Shown here: positions 11,620-25,000 of the stretch, piece after piece
How the letters are laid out: every line of letters starts with the position of its first letter
How positions within the stretch are numbered: position 1 is the stretch's first letter
Origin: Auanema rhodensis
Taxonomy: Eukaryota; Animalia; Nematoda
Length of the DNA stretch: 64,000 bases
Assembly: GCA_964057225.1 (NCBI GenBank)
Contig: OZ059899.1
Coordinates: forward strand, 19,344,001 to 19,408,000
Reading direction: 5' to 3'
The notes under the pieces: generated by a model
Seen by the model: only the letters and a program-made list of their open reading frames with translations
What the model was told of the DNA's origin: nothing
The model's database searches: none
Translations under genes and position numbers: made by a program

Positions 11620-14600
11620 ACTTTGAAATTTACGTGAACTTTAATTTATGCTACATAAATGTACACGTGATGTGCACTTGGTATGTAACTCGCTTCACGT
11701 GAAAGATAAAAAGATGCGGTTTTTAAAATTAGATTCCCCATGTCCATATTAGTCTAAAAACAATTTTTTACTGATATTGGTGCATGGTAACCATGACTTT
11801 GAAATTTACGTGAACTTTTATTTATGCTAATTAAACGTACACGTGGTGTGCACTCGGTGTGTAACTCGCTTCACGTGAAAGATAAAGAGATGCGGTTTTT
11901 AAAATTAGATTCCCCATGTCCATATTAGTCTAAAAACAATTTTTTACTGATATTGGTGCATGGTAACCATGATTTTGAAATTTACGTGAACTTTAATTTA
12001 TGCTAATTAAACGTACACGTGGTGTGAACTCGGTATGTAACTCGCTTCACGTGAAAGATAAAGAGATGCGGTTTTTAAAATTAGATTCCCCATGTCCATA
12101 TTAGTCTAAAAACAATTTTTTACTGATATTGGTGCATGGTAACCATGATTTTGAAATTTACGTGAACTTTAATTTATGCTAATTAAACGTACACGTGGTG
12201 TGCACTCGGTATGTAACTCGCTTCACGTGAAAGATAAAGAGATGCGGTTTTCAAAATTAGATTCCCCATGTCCATATTAGTCTAAAAACAAATTTTTATT
12301 GATATTGGTGCATGGTAACCATGACTTTGAAATTTACGTGAACTTTAATTTATGCTAATTAAATGTACACGTGGTGTGCACTCGGTATGTAACTCGCTTC
12401 ACGTGAAAGATAAAGAGATGCGGTTATCAAAATTAGATTTCCCATGTCCATATTAGTCTAAAAACAAATTTTTATTGATATTGGTGCATGGTAACCATGA
12501 CTTTGAATTTTACGTGAACTTTAATTTATGCTATTTAAATGTACACGTGATGTGCACTTGGTATGTAACTCGCTTCACGTGAAAGATAAAAAGATGCGGT
12601 TTTTAAAATTAGATTCCCCATGTCCATATTAGTCTAAAAACAATTTTTTACTGATATTGGTGCATGGTAACCATGACTTTGAAATTTACGTGAACTTTTA
12701 TTTATGCTAATTAAACGTACACGTGGTGTGCACTCGGTATGTAACTCGCTTCACGTGAAAGATAAAGAGATGCGGTTTTTAAAATTAGATTCCCCATGTC
12801 CATATTAGTCTAAAAACAATTTTTTACTGATATTGGTGCATGGTAACCATGATTTTGAAATTTACGTGAACTTTAATTTATGCTAATTAAACGTACACGT
12901 GGTGTGCACTCGGTATGTAACTCGCTTCACGTGAAAGATAAAGAGATGCGGTTTTTAAAATTAGATTCCCCATGTCCATATTAGTCTAAAAACAATTTTT
13001 TACTGATATTGGTGCATGGTAACCATGATTTTGAAATTTACGTGAACTTTAATTTAAGCTAATTAAACGTACACGTGGTGTGCACTCGGTATGTAACTCG
13101 CTTCACGTGAAAGATAAAGAGATGCGGTTTTCAAAATTAGATTCCCCATGTCCATATTAGTCTAAAAACAAATTTTTATTGATATTGGTTCATGGTAACC
13201 ATGACTTTGAAATTTACGTGAACTTTAATTTATGCTAATTAAATGTACACGTGATGTGCACTTGGTATGTAACTCGCTTCACGTGAAAGATAAAGAGATG
13301 CAGTTCTCAAAATTAGATTCCCCATGTCCATATTAGTCTAGAAACAAATTTTTATTGATATTGGTTCATGGTAACCATGACTTTGAAATTTACGTGAACT
13401 TTAATTTATGCTAATTAAATGTACACGTGATGTGCACTTGGTATGTAACTCGCTTCACGTGAAAGATAAAGAGATGCGGTTTTTAAAATTAGATTCCCCA
13501 TGTCCATATTAGTCTAAAAACAATTTTTTACTGATATTGGTGCATGGTAACCATGATTTTGAAATTTACGTGAACTTTAATTTATGCTAATTAAACGTAC
13601 ACGTGGTGTGCACTCGGTATGTAACTCGCTTCACGTGAAAGATAAAGAGATGCGGTTTTCAAAATTAGATTCCCCATGTCCATATTAGTCTAAAAACAAA
13701 TTTTTTTTGATATTGGTGCATGGTAACCATGATTTTGAAATTTACGTGAACTTTAATTTATGCTAATTAAATGTACACGTGGTGTGCACTCGGTATGTAA
13801 CTCGCTTCACGTGAAAGATAAAGAGATGCGGTTTTCAAAATTAGATTCCCCGTGTCCATATTAGTCTAAAAACAAATTTTTATTGATATTGGTGCATGGT
13901 AACCATGACTTTGAATTTTACGTGAACTTTAATTTATGCTAATTAAACGTACACGTGGTGTGCACTCGGTATGTAACTCGCTTCACGTGAAAGATAAAGA
14001 GATGCGGTTTTCAAAATTAGATTCCCCATGTCCATATTAGTCTAAAAACAAATTTTTATTGATATTGGTGCATGGTAACCATGACTTTGAAATTTACGTG
14101 AACTTTAATTTATGCTACATAAATGTACACGTGATGTGCACTTGGTATGTAACTCGCTTCACGTGAAAGATAAAAAGATGCGGTTTTTAAAATTAGATTC
14201 CCCATGTCCATATTAGTCTAAAAACAATTTTTTACTGATATTGGTGCATGGTAACCATGACTTTGAAATTTAGGTGAACTTTTATTTATGCTAATTAAAC
14301 GTACACGTGGTGTGCACTCGGTATGTAACTCGCTTCACGTGAAAGATAAAGAGATGCGGTTTTTAAAATTAGATTCCCCATGTCCATATTAGTCTAAAAA
14401 CAATTTTTTACTGATATTGGTGCATGGTAACCATGATTTTGAAATTTACGTGAACTTTAATTTATGCTAATTAAACGTACACGTGGTGTGCACTCGGTAT
14501 GTAACTCGCTTCACGTGAAAGATAAAGAGATGCGGTTTTCAAAATTAGATTCCCCATGTCCATATTAGTCTAAAAACAAATTTTTATTGATATTGGTGCA

Positions 14601-15650
14601 TGGTAACCATGACTTTGAAATTTACGTGAACTTTAATTTATGCTAATTAAATGTACACGTGGTGTGCACTCGGTATGTAACTCGCTTCACGTGAAAGATA
14701 AAGAGATGCGGTTATCAAAATTAGATTTCCCATGTCCATATTAGTCTAAAAACAAATTTTTATTGATATTGGTGCATGGTAACCATGACTTTGAATTTTA
14801 CGTGAACTTTAATTTATGCTATTTAAATGTACACGTGATGTGCACTTGGTATGTAACTCGCTTCACGTGAAAGATAAAAAGATGCGGTTTTTAAAATTAG
14901 ATTCTCCATGTCCATATTAGTCTAAAAACAATTTTTTACTGATATTGGTGCATGGTAACCATGACTTTGAAATTTACGTGAACTTTTATTTATGCTAATT
15001 AAACGTACACGTGGTGTGCACTCGGTATGTAACTCGCTTCACGTGAAAGATAAAGAGATGCGGTTTTTAAAATTAGATTCCCCATGTCCATATTAGTCTA
15101 AAAACAATTTTTTACTGATATTGGTGCATGGTAACCATGATTTTGAAATTTACGTGAACTTTAATTTATGCTAATTAAACGTACACGTGGTGTGCACTCG
15201 GTATGTAACTCGCTTCACGTGAAAGATAAAGAGATGCGGTTTTTAAAATTAGATTCCCCATGTCCATATTAGTCTAAAAACAATTTTTTACTGATATTGG
15301 TGCATGGTAACCATGATTTTGAAATTTACGTGAACTTTAATTTAAGCTAATTAAACGTACACGTGGTGTGCACTCGGTATGTAACTCGCTTCACGTGAAA
15401 GATAAAGAGATGCGGTTTTCAAAATTAGATTCCCCATGTCCATATTAGTCTAAAAACAAATTTTTATTGATATTGGTTCATGGTAACCATGACTTTGAAA
15501 TTTACGTGAACTTTAATTTATGCTAATTAAATGTACACGTGATGTGCACTTGGTATGTAACTCGCTTCACGTGAAAGATAAAGAGATGCAGTTCTCAAAA
15601 TTAGATTCCCCATGTCCATATTAGTCTAGAAACAAATTTTTATTGATATT
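11620..15650 (+). repeat. Duplicated ~9-10-monomer block spaced 13-14 monomers apart
   Basis: CGGTTATC...GATTTCCC at 12421/14709, CTATTTAAAT at 12531/14819, AATTTAAGCT at 13051/15339 and TCTAGA at 13337/15625 are all +2288 (13x176). The upstream CTACAT at 11651/14115 is +2464 (14x176), so one monomer was gained or lost between the copies. Confidence 0.85.
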
Positions 15651-18600
15651 GGTGCATGGTAACCATGACTTTGAAATTTACGTGAACTTTAATTTATGCT
15701 AATTAAATGTACACGTGATGTGCACTTGGTATGTAACTTGCTTCACGTGAAAGATAAAGAGATGCGGTTTTCAAAATTAGATTCCCCATGTCCATATTAG
15801 TCTTAAAACAAATTTTCATTGATATTGGTGCATGGTAACCATGACTTTGAAATTTACGTGAACTTTAATTTATGCTAATTAAATGTACACGTGATGTGCA
15901 CTCGGTATGTAACTCGCTTCACGTGAAAGATAAAGAGATGCGGTTTTTAAAATTAGATTCCCCATGTCCATATTAGTCTAAAAACAATTTTTTACTGATA
16001 TTGGTGCATGGTAACCATGATTTTGAAATTTACGTGAACTTTAATTTATGCTAATTAAACGTACACGTGGTGTGCACTCGGTATGTAACTCGCTTCACGT
16101 GAAAGATAAAGAGATGCGGTTTTTAAAATTAGATTCCCCATGTCCATATTAGTCTAAAAACAATTTTTTACTGATATTGGTGCATGGTAACCATGATTTT
16201 GAAATTTACGTGAACTTTAATTTATGCTAATTAAACGTACACGTGGTGTGCACTCGGTATGTAACTCGCTTCACGTGAAAGATAAAATGATGCGGTTTTC
16301 AAAATTAGATTCCCCATGTCCATATTAGTCTAAAAACAAATTTTTATTGATATTGGTGCATGGTAACCATGACTTTGAAATTTACGTGAACTTTAATTTA
16401 TGCTAATTAAATGTACAAGTGATGTGCACTTGGTATGTAACTCGCCTCACGTGAAAGATAACGAGATGCGGTTTTCACAATTAGATTCCCCATGTCCATA
16501 TTAGTCTAAAAACAAATTTTTATTGATATTGGTGCATGGTAACCATGACTTTGAAATTTACGTGAACTTTAATTTATGCTAATTAAATGTACACGTGATG
16601 TGCACTTGGTATGTAACTCGCTTCACGTGAAAGATAAAGAGATGCAGTTCTCAAAATTAGATTCCCCATGTCCATATTAGTCTAAAAACAAATTTTTATT
16701 GATATTGGTGCATGGTAACCATGACTTTGAAATTTACGTGAACTTTAATTTATGCTAATTAAACGTACACGTGGTGTGCACTCGGTATGTAACTCGCTTC
16801 ACGTGAAAGATAAAGAGATGCGGTTATCAAAATTAGATTTCCCATGTCCATATTAGTCTAAAAACAAATTTTTATTGATATTGGTGCATGGTAACCATGA
16901 TTTTGAAATTTACGTGAACTTTAATTTATGCTAATTAAATGTACACATGGTGTGCACTCGGTATGTAACTCGCTTCACGTGAAAGATAAAGAGATGCGGT
17001 TTTCAAAATTAGATTCCCCATGTCCATATTAGTCTTAAAACAAATTTTTATTGATATTGGTGCATGGTAACCATGACTTTGAAATTTACGTGAACTTTAA
17101 TTTATGCTAATTAAATGTACAAGTGATGTGCACTTGGTATGTAACTCGCTTCACGTGAAAGATAAGGAGATGGGGTTTTCACAATTAGATTCCCCATGTC
17201 CATATTAGTCTAAAAACAAATTTTTATTGATATTGGTGCATGGTAACCATGACTTTGAAATTTACGTGAACTTCAATTTATGCTAATTAAATGTACACGC
17301 GGTGTGCACTTGGTATGTAACTCGCTTCACGTGAAAGATAAAGAGATGCAGTTCTCAAAATTAGATTCCCCATGTCCATATTAGTCTAGAAACAAATTTT
17401 TATTGATATTGGTGCATGGTAACCATGACTTTGAAATTTACGTGAACTTCAATTTATGCTAATTAAATGTACACGTGATGTGCACTTGGTATGTAACTTG
17501 CTTCACGTGAAAGATAAAGAGATGCGGTTTTCAAAATTAGATTCCCCATGTCCATATTAGTCTTAAAACAAATTTTCATTGATATTGGTGCATGGTAACC
17601 ATGACTTTGAAATTTACGTGAACTTTAATTTATGCTAATTAAATGTACACGTGATGTGCACTTGGTATGTAACTCGCTTCACGTGAAAGATAAAGAGATG
17701 CAGTTTTCAAAATTAGATTCCCCATGTCCATATTAGTCTAAAAACAAATTTTTATTGATATTGGTGCATGGTAACCATGACTTTGAAATTTACGTGAACT
17801 TTAATTTATGCTAATTAAATGTACACGTGATGTGCACTTGGTATGTAACTTGCTTCACGTGAAAGATAAAGAGATGCGGTTTTCAAAATTAGATTCCCCA
17901 TGTCCATATTAGTCTTAAAACAAATTTTCATTGATATTGGTGCATGGTAACCATGACTTTGAAATTTACGTGAACTTTAATTTATGCTAATTAAATGTAC
18001 ACGTGATGTGCACTTGGTATGTAACTCGCTTCACGTGAAAGATAAAGAGATGCAGTTCTCAAAATTAGATTCCCCATGTCCATATTAGTCTAAAAACAAA
18101 TTTTTATTGATATTGGTGCATGGTAACCATGACTTTGAAATTTACGTGAACTTTAATTTATGCTAATTAAATGTACACGTGGTGTGCACTCGGTATGTAA
18201 CTCGCTTCACGTGAAAGATAAAGAGATGCGGTTTATAAAATTAGATTTCCCATGTCCATATTAGTCTAAAAACAAATTTTTATTGATATTGGTTCATGGT
18301 AACCATGACTTTGAAATTTACGTGAACTTTAATTTATGCTAATTAAATGTACACGTGATGTGCACTTGGTATGTAACTCGCTTCACGTGAAAGATAAAGA
18401 GATGCGGTTTTCAAAATTAGATGCCCCATGTCCATATTAGTCTAAAAACAAATTTTTATTGATATTGGTGCATGGTAACCATGACTTTGAAATTTACGTG
18501 AACTTTAATTTATGCTAATTAAATGTACACGTGATGTGCACTCGGTATGTAACTCGCTTCACGTGAAAGATAAAGAGATGAGGTTTTCCAAATTAGATTC

Positions 18601-19537
18601 CCCATGTCCATATTAGTCTAAAAACAAATTTTCATCGATATTGGTGCATGGTAACCATGACTTTGAAATTTACGTGAACTTTATTTTATGCTACATAAAT
18701 GTACACGTGGTGTGCACTCGGTATGTATCTCGCTTCACGTGAAAGATAAAGAGGTGCGGTTTCCAAAATTAGATTCCCCATGTCCATATTAGTCTAAAAA
18801 CAGTTTTTTACTGATATTGGTGCATGGTAACCATGATTTTGAAATTTACGTGAACTTTAATTTATGCTAATTAAATGTACACATGGTGTGCACTCGGTGT
18901 GTAACTCGCTTCACGTGAAAGATAAAGAGATGCGGTTTTCAAAATTAGATTCCCCATGTCCATATTAGTCTAAAAACAAATTTTTATTGATATTGGTGCA
19001 TGGTAACCATGACTTTGAATTTTACGTGAACTTTAATTTATGCTAATTAAACGTACACGTGGTGTGCACTCGGTATGTAACTCGCTTCACGTGAAAGATA
19101 AAGAGATGCGGTTTTCAAAAATAGATTCCCCATGTCCATATTAGTCTTAAAACAAATTTTCATTGATATTGGTGCATGGTAACCATGACTTTGAAATTTA
19201 CGTGAACTTTAATTTATGCTAATTAAATGTACAAGTGATGTGCACTTGGTATGTAACTCGCTTCACGTGAAAGATAAGGAGATGCGGTTTTCACAATTAG
19301 ATTCCCCATGTCCATATTAGTCTAAAAACAAATTTTTATTGATATTGGTGCATGGTAACCATGACTTTGAAATTTACGTGAACTTCAATTTATGCTAATT
19401 AAATGTACACGCGGTGTGCACTTGGTATGTAACTCGCTTCACGTGAAAGATAAAGAGATGCGGTTTTAAAAATTAGATTCCCCATGTCCATATTAGTCTA
19501 AAAACAGTTTTTTACTGATATTGGTGCATGGTAACCA

Positions 19538-22001
19538 TGACTTTGAAATTTACGTGAACTTTAATTTATGCTAATTAAATGTACAAGTGATGTGCACTTG
19601 GTATGTAACTCGCTTCACGTGAAAGATAAGGAGATGCGGTTTTCACAATTAGATTCCCCATGTCCATATTAGTCTAAAAACAAATTTTTATTGATATTGG
19701 TGCATGGTAACCATGACTTTGAAATTTACGTGAACTTCAATTTATGCTAATTAAATGTACACGCGGTGTGCACTTGGTATGTAACTCGCTTCACGTGAAA
19801 GATAAAGAGATGCGGTTTCAAAAATTAGATTCCCCATGTCCATATTAGTCTAAAAACAGTTTTTTACTGATATTGGTGCATGGTAACCATGATTTTGAAA
19901 TTTACGTGAACTTTAATTTATGCTAATTAAATGTACACGTGGTGTGCACTCGGTATGTAACTCGCTTCACGTGAAAGATAAAGAGATGCGGTTAACAAAA
20001 TTAGATTTCCTATGTCCATATTAGTCTAAAAACAAATTTTTATTGATATTGGTTCATGGTAACCATGACTTTGAAATTTACGTGAACTTTAATTTATGCT
20101 AATTAAATGTACACGTGATGTGCACTTGGTATGTAACTCGCTTCACGTGAAAGATAAAGAGATGCAGTTCTCAAAATTAGATTCCCCATGTCCATATTAG
20201 TCTAGAAACAAATTTTTATTGATATTGGTGCATGGTAACCATGACTTTGAAATTTACGTGAACTTTAATTTATGCTAATTAAATGTACACGTGATGTGCA
20301 CTTGGTATGTAACTTGCTTCACGTGAAAGATAAAGAGATGCGGTTTTCAAAATTAGTTTCCCCTTGTCCATATTAGTCTTAAAACAAATTTTCATTGATA
20401 TTGGTGCATGGTAACCATGACTTTGAAATTTACGTGAACTTTAATTTATGCTAATTAAATGTACACGTGATGTGCACTTGGTATGTAACTCGCTTCACGT
20501 GAAAGATAAAGAGATGCAGTTTTCAAAATTAGATTCCCCATGTCCATATTAGTCTAAAAACAAATTTTTATTGATATTGGTGCATGGTAACCATGACTTT
20601 GAAATTTACGTGAACTTTAATTTATGCTAATTAAATGTACACGTGATGTGCACTTGGTATGTAACTTGCTTCACGTGAAAGATAAAGAGATGCGGTTTTC
20701 AAAATTAGATTCCCCATGTCCATATTAGTCTTAAAACAAATTTTCATTGATATTGGTGCATGGTAACCATGACTTTGAAATTTACGTGAACTTTAATTTA
20801 TGCTAATTAAATGTACACGTGATGTGCACTTGGTATGTAACTCGCTTCACGTGAAAGATAAAGAGATGCAGTTCTCAAAATTAGATTCCCCATGTCCATA
20901 TTAGTCTAAAAACAAATTTTTATTGATATTGGTGCATGGTAACCATGACTTTGAAATTTACGTGAACTTTAATTTATGCTAATTAAATGTACACGTGGTG
21001 TGCACTCGGTATGTAACTCGCTTCACGTGAAAGATAAAGAGATGCGGTTTATAAAATTAGATTCCCCATGTCCATATTAGTCTAAAAACAAATTTTTATT
21101 GATATTGGTGCATGGTAACCATGACTTTGAAATTTACGTGAACTTTAATTTATGCTAATTAAATGTACACGTGATGTGCACTTGGTATGTAACTCGCTTC
21201 ACGTGAAAGATAAGGAGATGCGGTTTCCAAAAATAGATTCCCCATGTCCATATTAGTCTAAAAACAAATTTTTATTGATATTGGTGCATGGTAACCATGA
21301 CTTTGAAAATTACGTGAACTTTAATTTATGCTAATTAAATGTACACGTGATGTGCACTCGGTATGTAACTCGCTTCACGTGAAAGATAAAGAGATGAGGT
21401 TTTCCAAATTAGATTCACCATGTCCATATTAGTCTAAAAACAAATTTTTATCGATATTGGTGCATGGTAACCATGACTTTGAAATTTACGTGAACTTTAT
21501 TTTATGCTACATAAATGTACACGTGGTGTGCACTCGGTATGTATCTCGCTTCACGTGAAAGATAAAGAGATGCGGTTTCCAAAATTAGATTCCCCATGTC
21601 CATATTAGTCTAAAAACAGTTTTTTACTGATATTGGTGCATGGTAACCATGATTTTGAAATTTACGTGAACTTTAATTTATGCTAATTAAATGTACACAT
21701 GGTGTGCACTCGGTATGTAACTCGCTTCACGTGAAAGATAAAGAGATGCGGTTTTCAAAATTAGATTCCCCATGTCCATATTAGTCTAAAAACCAATTTT
21801 TATTGATATTGGTGCATGGTAACCATGACTTTGAATTTTACGTGAACTTTAATTTATGCTAATTAAACGTACACGTGGTGTGCACTCGGTATGTAACTCG
21901 CTTCACGTGAAAGATAAAGAGATGCGGTTAACAAAATTAGATTTCCTATGTCCATATTAGTCTAAAAACAAATTTTTATTGATATTGGTTCATGGTAACC
22001 A
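19538..22001 (+). repeat. One copy of a ~14-monomer higher-order repeat (HOR) cassette
   Basis: Ordered monomer types: CAAGTG/AAGG/CACAA; TTCAAT/CACGCG/CAGTT; GTTAAC/TTTCCT; alternating GCAGTT and CTTGC/CTTAAA monomers; TTTATAAA; AAGG/TTCC/AATAG; GAGG/ATCG; ACATA/TATCT; CACATG; GAATTT. Nearly the same order recurs at 33974-36262. Confidence 0.75.
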
Positions 22002-25000
22002 TGACTTTGAAATTTACGTGAACTTCAATTTATGCTAATTAAATGTACACGTGATGTGCACTTGGGTATGTAACTCGCTTCACGTGAAAGATAAAGAGAT
22101 GCAGTTCTCAAAATTAGATTCCCCATGTCCATATTAGTCTAGAAACAAATTTTTATTGATATTGGTGCATGGTAACCATGACTTTGAAATTTACGTGAAC
22201 TTTAATTTATGCTAATTAAATGTACACGTGATGTGCACTTGGTATGTAACTTGCTTCACGTGAAAGATAAAGAGATGCGGTTTTCAAAATTAGATTCCCC
22301 ATGTCCATATTAGTCTTAAAACAAATTTTCATTGATATTGGTGCATGGTAACCATGACTTTGAAATTTACGTGAACTTTAATTTATGCTAATTAAATGTA
22401 CACGTGATGTGCACTTGGTATGTAACTCGCTTCACGTGAAAGATAAAGAGATGCAGTTCTCAAAATTAGATTCCCCATGTGCATATTAGTCTAAAAACAA
22501 ATTTTCATTGATATTGGTGCATGGTAACCATGACTTTGAAATTTACGTGAACTTTAATTTATGCTAATTAAATGTACACGTGATGTGCACTTGGTATGTA
22601 ACTTGCTTCACGTGAAAGATAAAGAGATGCGGTTTTCAAAATTAGATTCCCCATGTCCATATTAGTCTTAAAACAAATTTTCATTGATATTGGTGCATGG
22701 TAACCATGACTTTGAAATTTACGTGAACTTTATTTTATGCTACATAAATGTACACGTGGTGTGCACTCGGTATGTATCTCGCTTCACGTGTAAGATAAAG
22801 AGATGCGGTTTCCAAAATTAGATTCCTCATGTCCATATTAGTCTAAAAACAGTTTTTTACTGATATTGGTGCATGGTAACCATGATTTTGAAATTTACGT
22901 GAATTTTAATTTATGCTAATTAAATGTACACGTGGTGTGCACTCGGTATGTAACTCGCTTCACGTGAAAGATAAAGAGATGCGGTTTATAAAATTAGATT
23001 CCCCATGTCCATATTAGTCTAAAAACAAATTTTTATTGATATTGGTGCATGGTAACCATGACTTTGAAATTTACGTGAACTTTAATTTATGCTAATTAAA
23101 TGTACACGTGATGTGCACTTGGTATGTAACTCGCTTCACGTGAAAGATAAGGAGATGCGGTTTCCAAAAATAGATTCCCCATGTCCATATTAGTCTAAAA
23201 ACAAATTTTTATTGATATTGGTGCATGGTAACTATGACTTTGAAATTTACGTGAACTTTAATTTATGCTAATTAAATGTACACGTGGTGTGCACTCGGTA
23301 AGTAACTCGCTTCACGTGAAAGATAAAGAGATGAGGTTTTCCAAATTAGATTCCCCATGTCCATATTAGTCTAAAAACAAATTTTTATCGATATTGGTGC
23401 ATGGTAACCATGACTTTGAAATTTACGTGAACTTTATTTTATGCTACATAAATGTACACGTGGTGTGCACTCGGTATGTATCTCGCTTCACGTGAAAGAT
23501 AAAGAGATGCGGTTTCCAAAATTAGATTCCTCATGTCCATATTAGTCTAAAAACAGTTTTTTACTGATATTGGTGCATGGTAACCATGATTTTAAAATTT
23601 ACGTGAACTTTAATTTATGCTAATTAAATGTACACATGGTGTGCACTCGGTATGTAACTCGCTTCACGTGAAAGATAAAGAGATGCGGTTTTCAAAATTA
23701 GATTCCCCATGTCCATATTAGTCTAAAAACAAATTTTTATTGATATTGGTGCATGGTAACCATGATTTTGAATTTTACGTGAACTTTAATTTATGCTAAT
23801 TAAACGTACACGTGGTGTGCACTCGGTATGTAACTCGCTTCACGTGAAAGATAAAGAGATGCGGTTTTCAAAAATAGATTCCCCATGTCCATATTAGTCT
23901 AAAAACAAATTTTTATTGATATTGGTGCATGGTAACCATGACTTTGAATTTTACGTGAACTTTAATTTATGCTAATTAAATGTACACGTGATGTGCACTT
24001 GGTATGTAACTCGCTTCACGTGAAAGATAAGGAGATGCGGTTTTCACAATTAGATTCCCCATGTCCATATTAGTCTAAAAACAAATTTTTATTGATATTG
24101 GTGCATGGTAACCATGACTTTGAAATTTACGTGAACTTCAATTTATGCTAATTAAATGTACACGCGGTGTGCACTTGGTATGTAACTCGCTTCACGTGAA
24201 AGATAAAGAGATGCGGTTTTAAAAATTAGATTCCCCATGTCCATATTAGTCTTAAAACAAATTTTTATTGATATTGGTGCATGGTAACCATGACTTTGAA
24301 ATTTACGTGAACTTTAATTTATGCTAATTAAATGTACACGTGATGTGCACTTGGTATGTAACTTGCTTCACGTGAAAGATAAAGAGATGCGGTTTTCAAA
24401 ATTAGATTCCCCATGTCCATATTAGTCTAAAAACAAATTTTTATTGATATTGGTGCATGGTAACCATGACTTTGAAATTTACGTGAACTTCAATTTATGC
24501 TAATTAAATGTACACGTGATGTGCACTTGGTATGTAACTTGCTTCACGTGAAAGATAAAGAGATGCGGTTTTCAAAATTAGATTCCCCATGTCCATATTA
24601 GTCTTAAAACAAATTTTCATTGATATTGGTGCATGGTAACCATGACTTTGAAATTTACGTGAACTTTAATTTATGCTAATTAAATGTACACGTGATGTGC
24701 ACTTGGTATGTAACTCGCTTCACGTGAAAGATAAAGAGATGCAGTTCTCAAAATTAGATTCCCCATGTCCATATTAGTCTAAAAACAAATTTTTATTGAT
24801 ATTGGTGCATGGTAACCATGACTTTGAAATTTACGTGAACTTTAATTTATGCTAATTAAATGTACACGTGATGTGCACTTGGTATGTAACTTGCTTCACG
24901 TGAAAGATAAAGAGATGCGGTTTTCAAAATTAGATTCCCCATGTCCATATTAGTCTTAAAACAAATTTTCATTGATATTGGTGCATGGTAACCATGACTT

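Larger units (their letters stand above)
1..16800. repeat. Left variant domain of the array (AAACGTAC-dominated monomers)
   Basis: C at monomer position 43 predominates. The CACGTGTAAG, CAATTTTTTACTG and T8-tract alleles are common here and rare or absent further right. The boundary is gradual and approximate. Confidence 0.75.
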
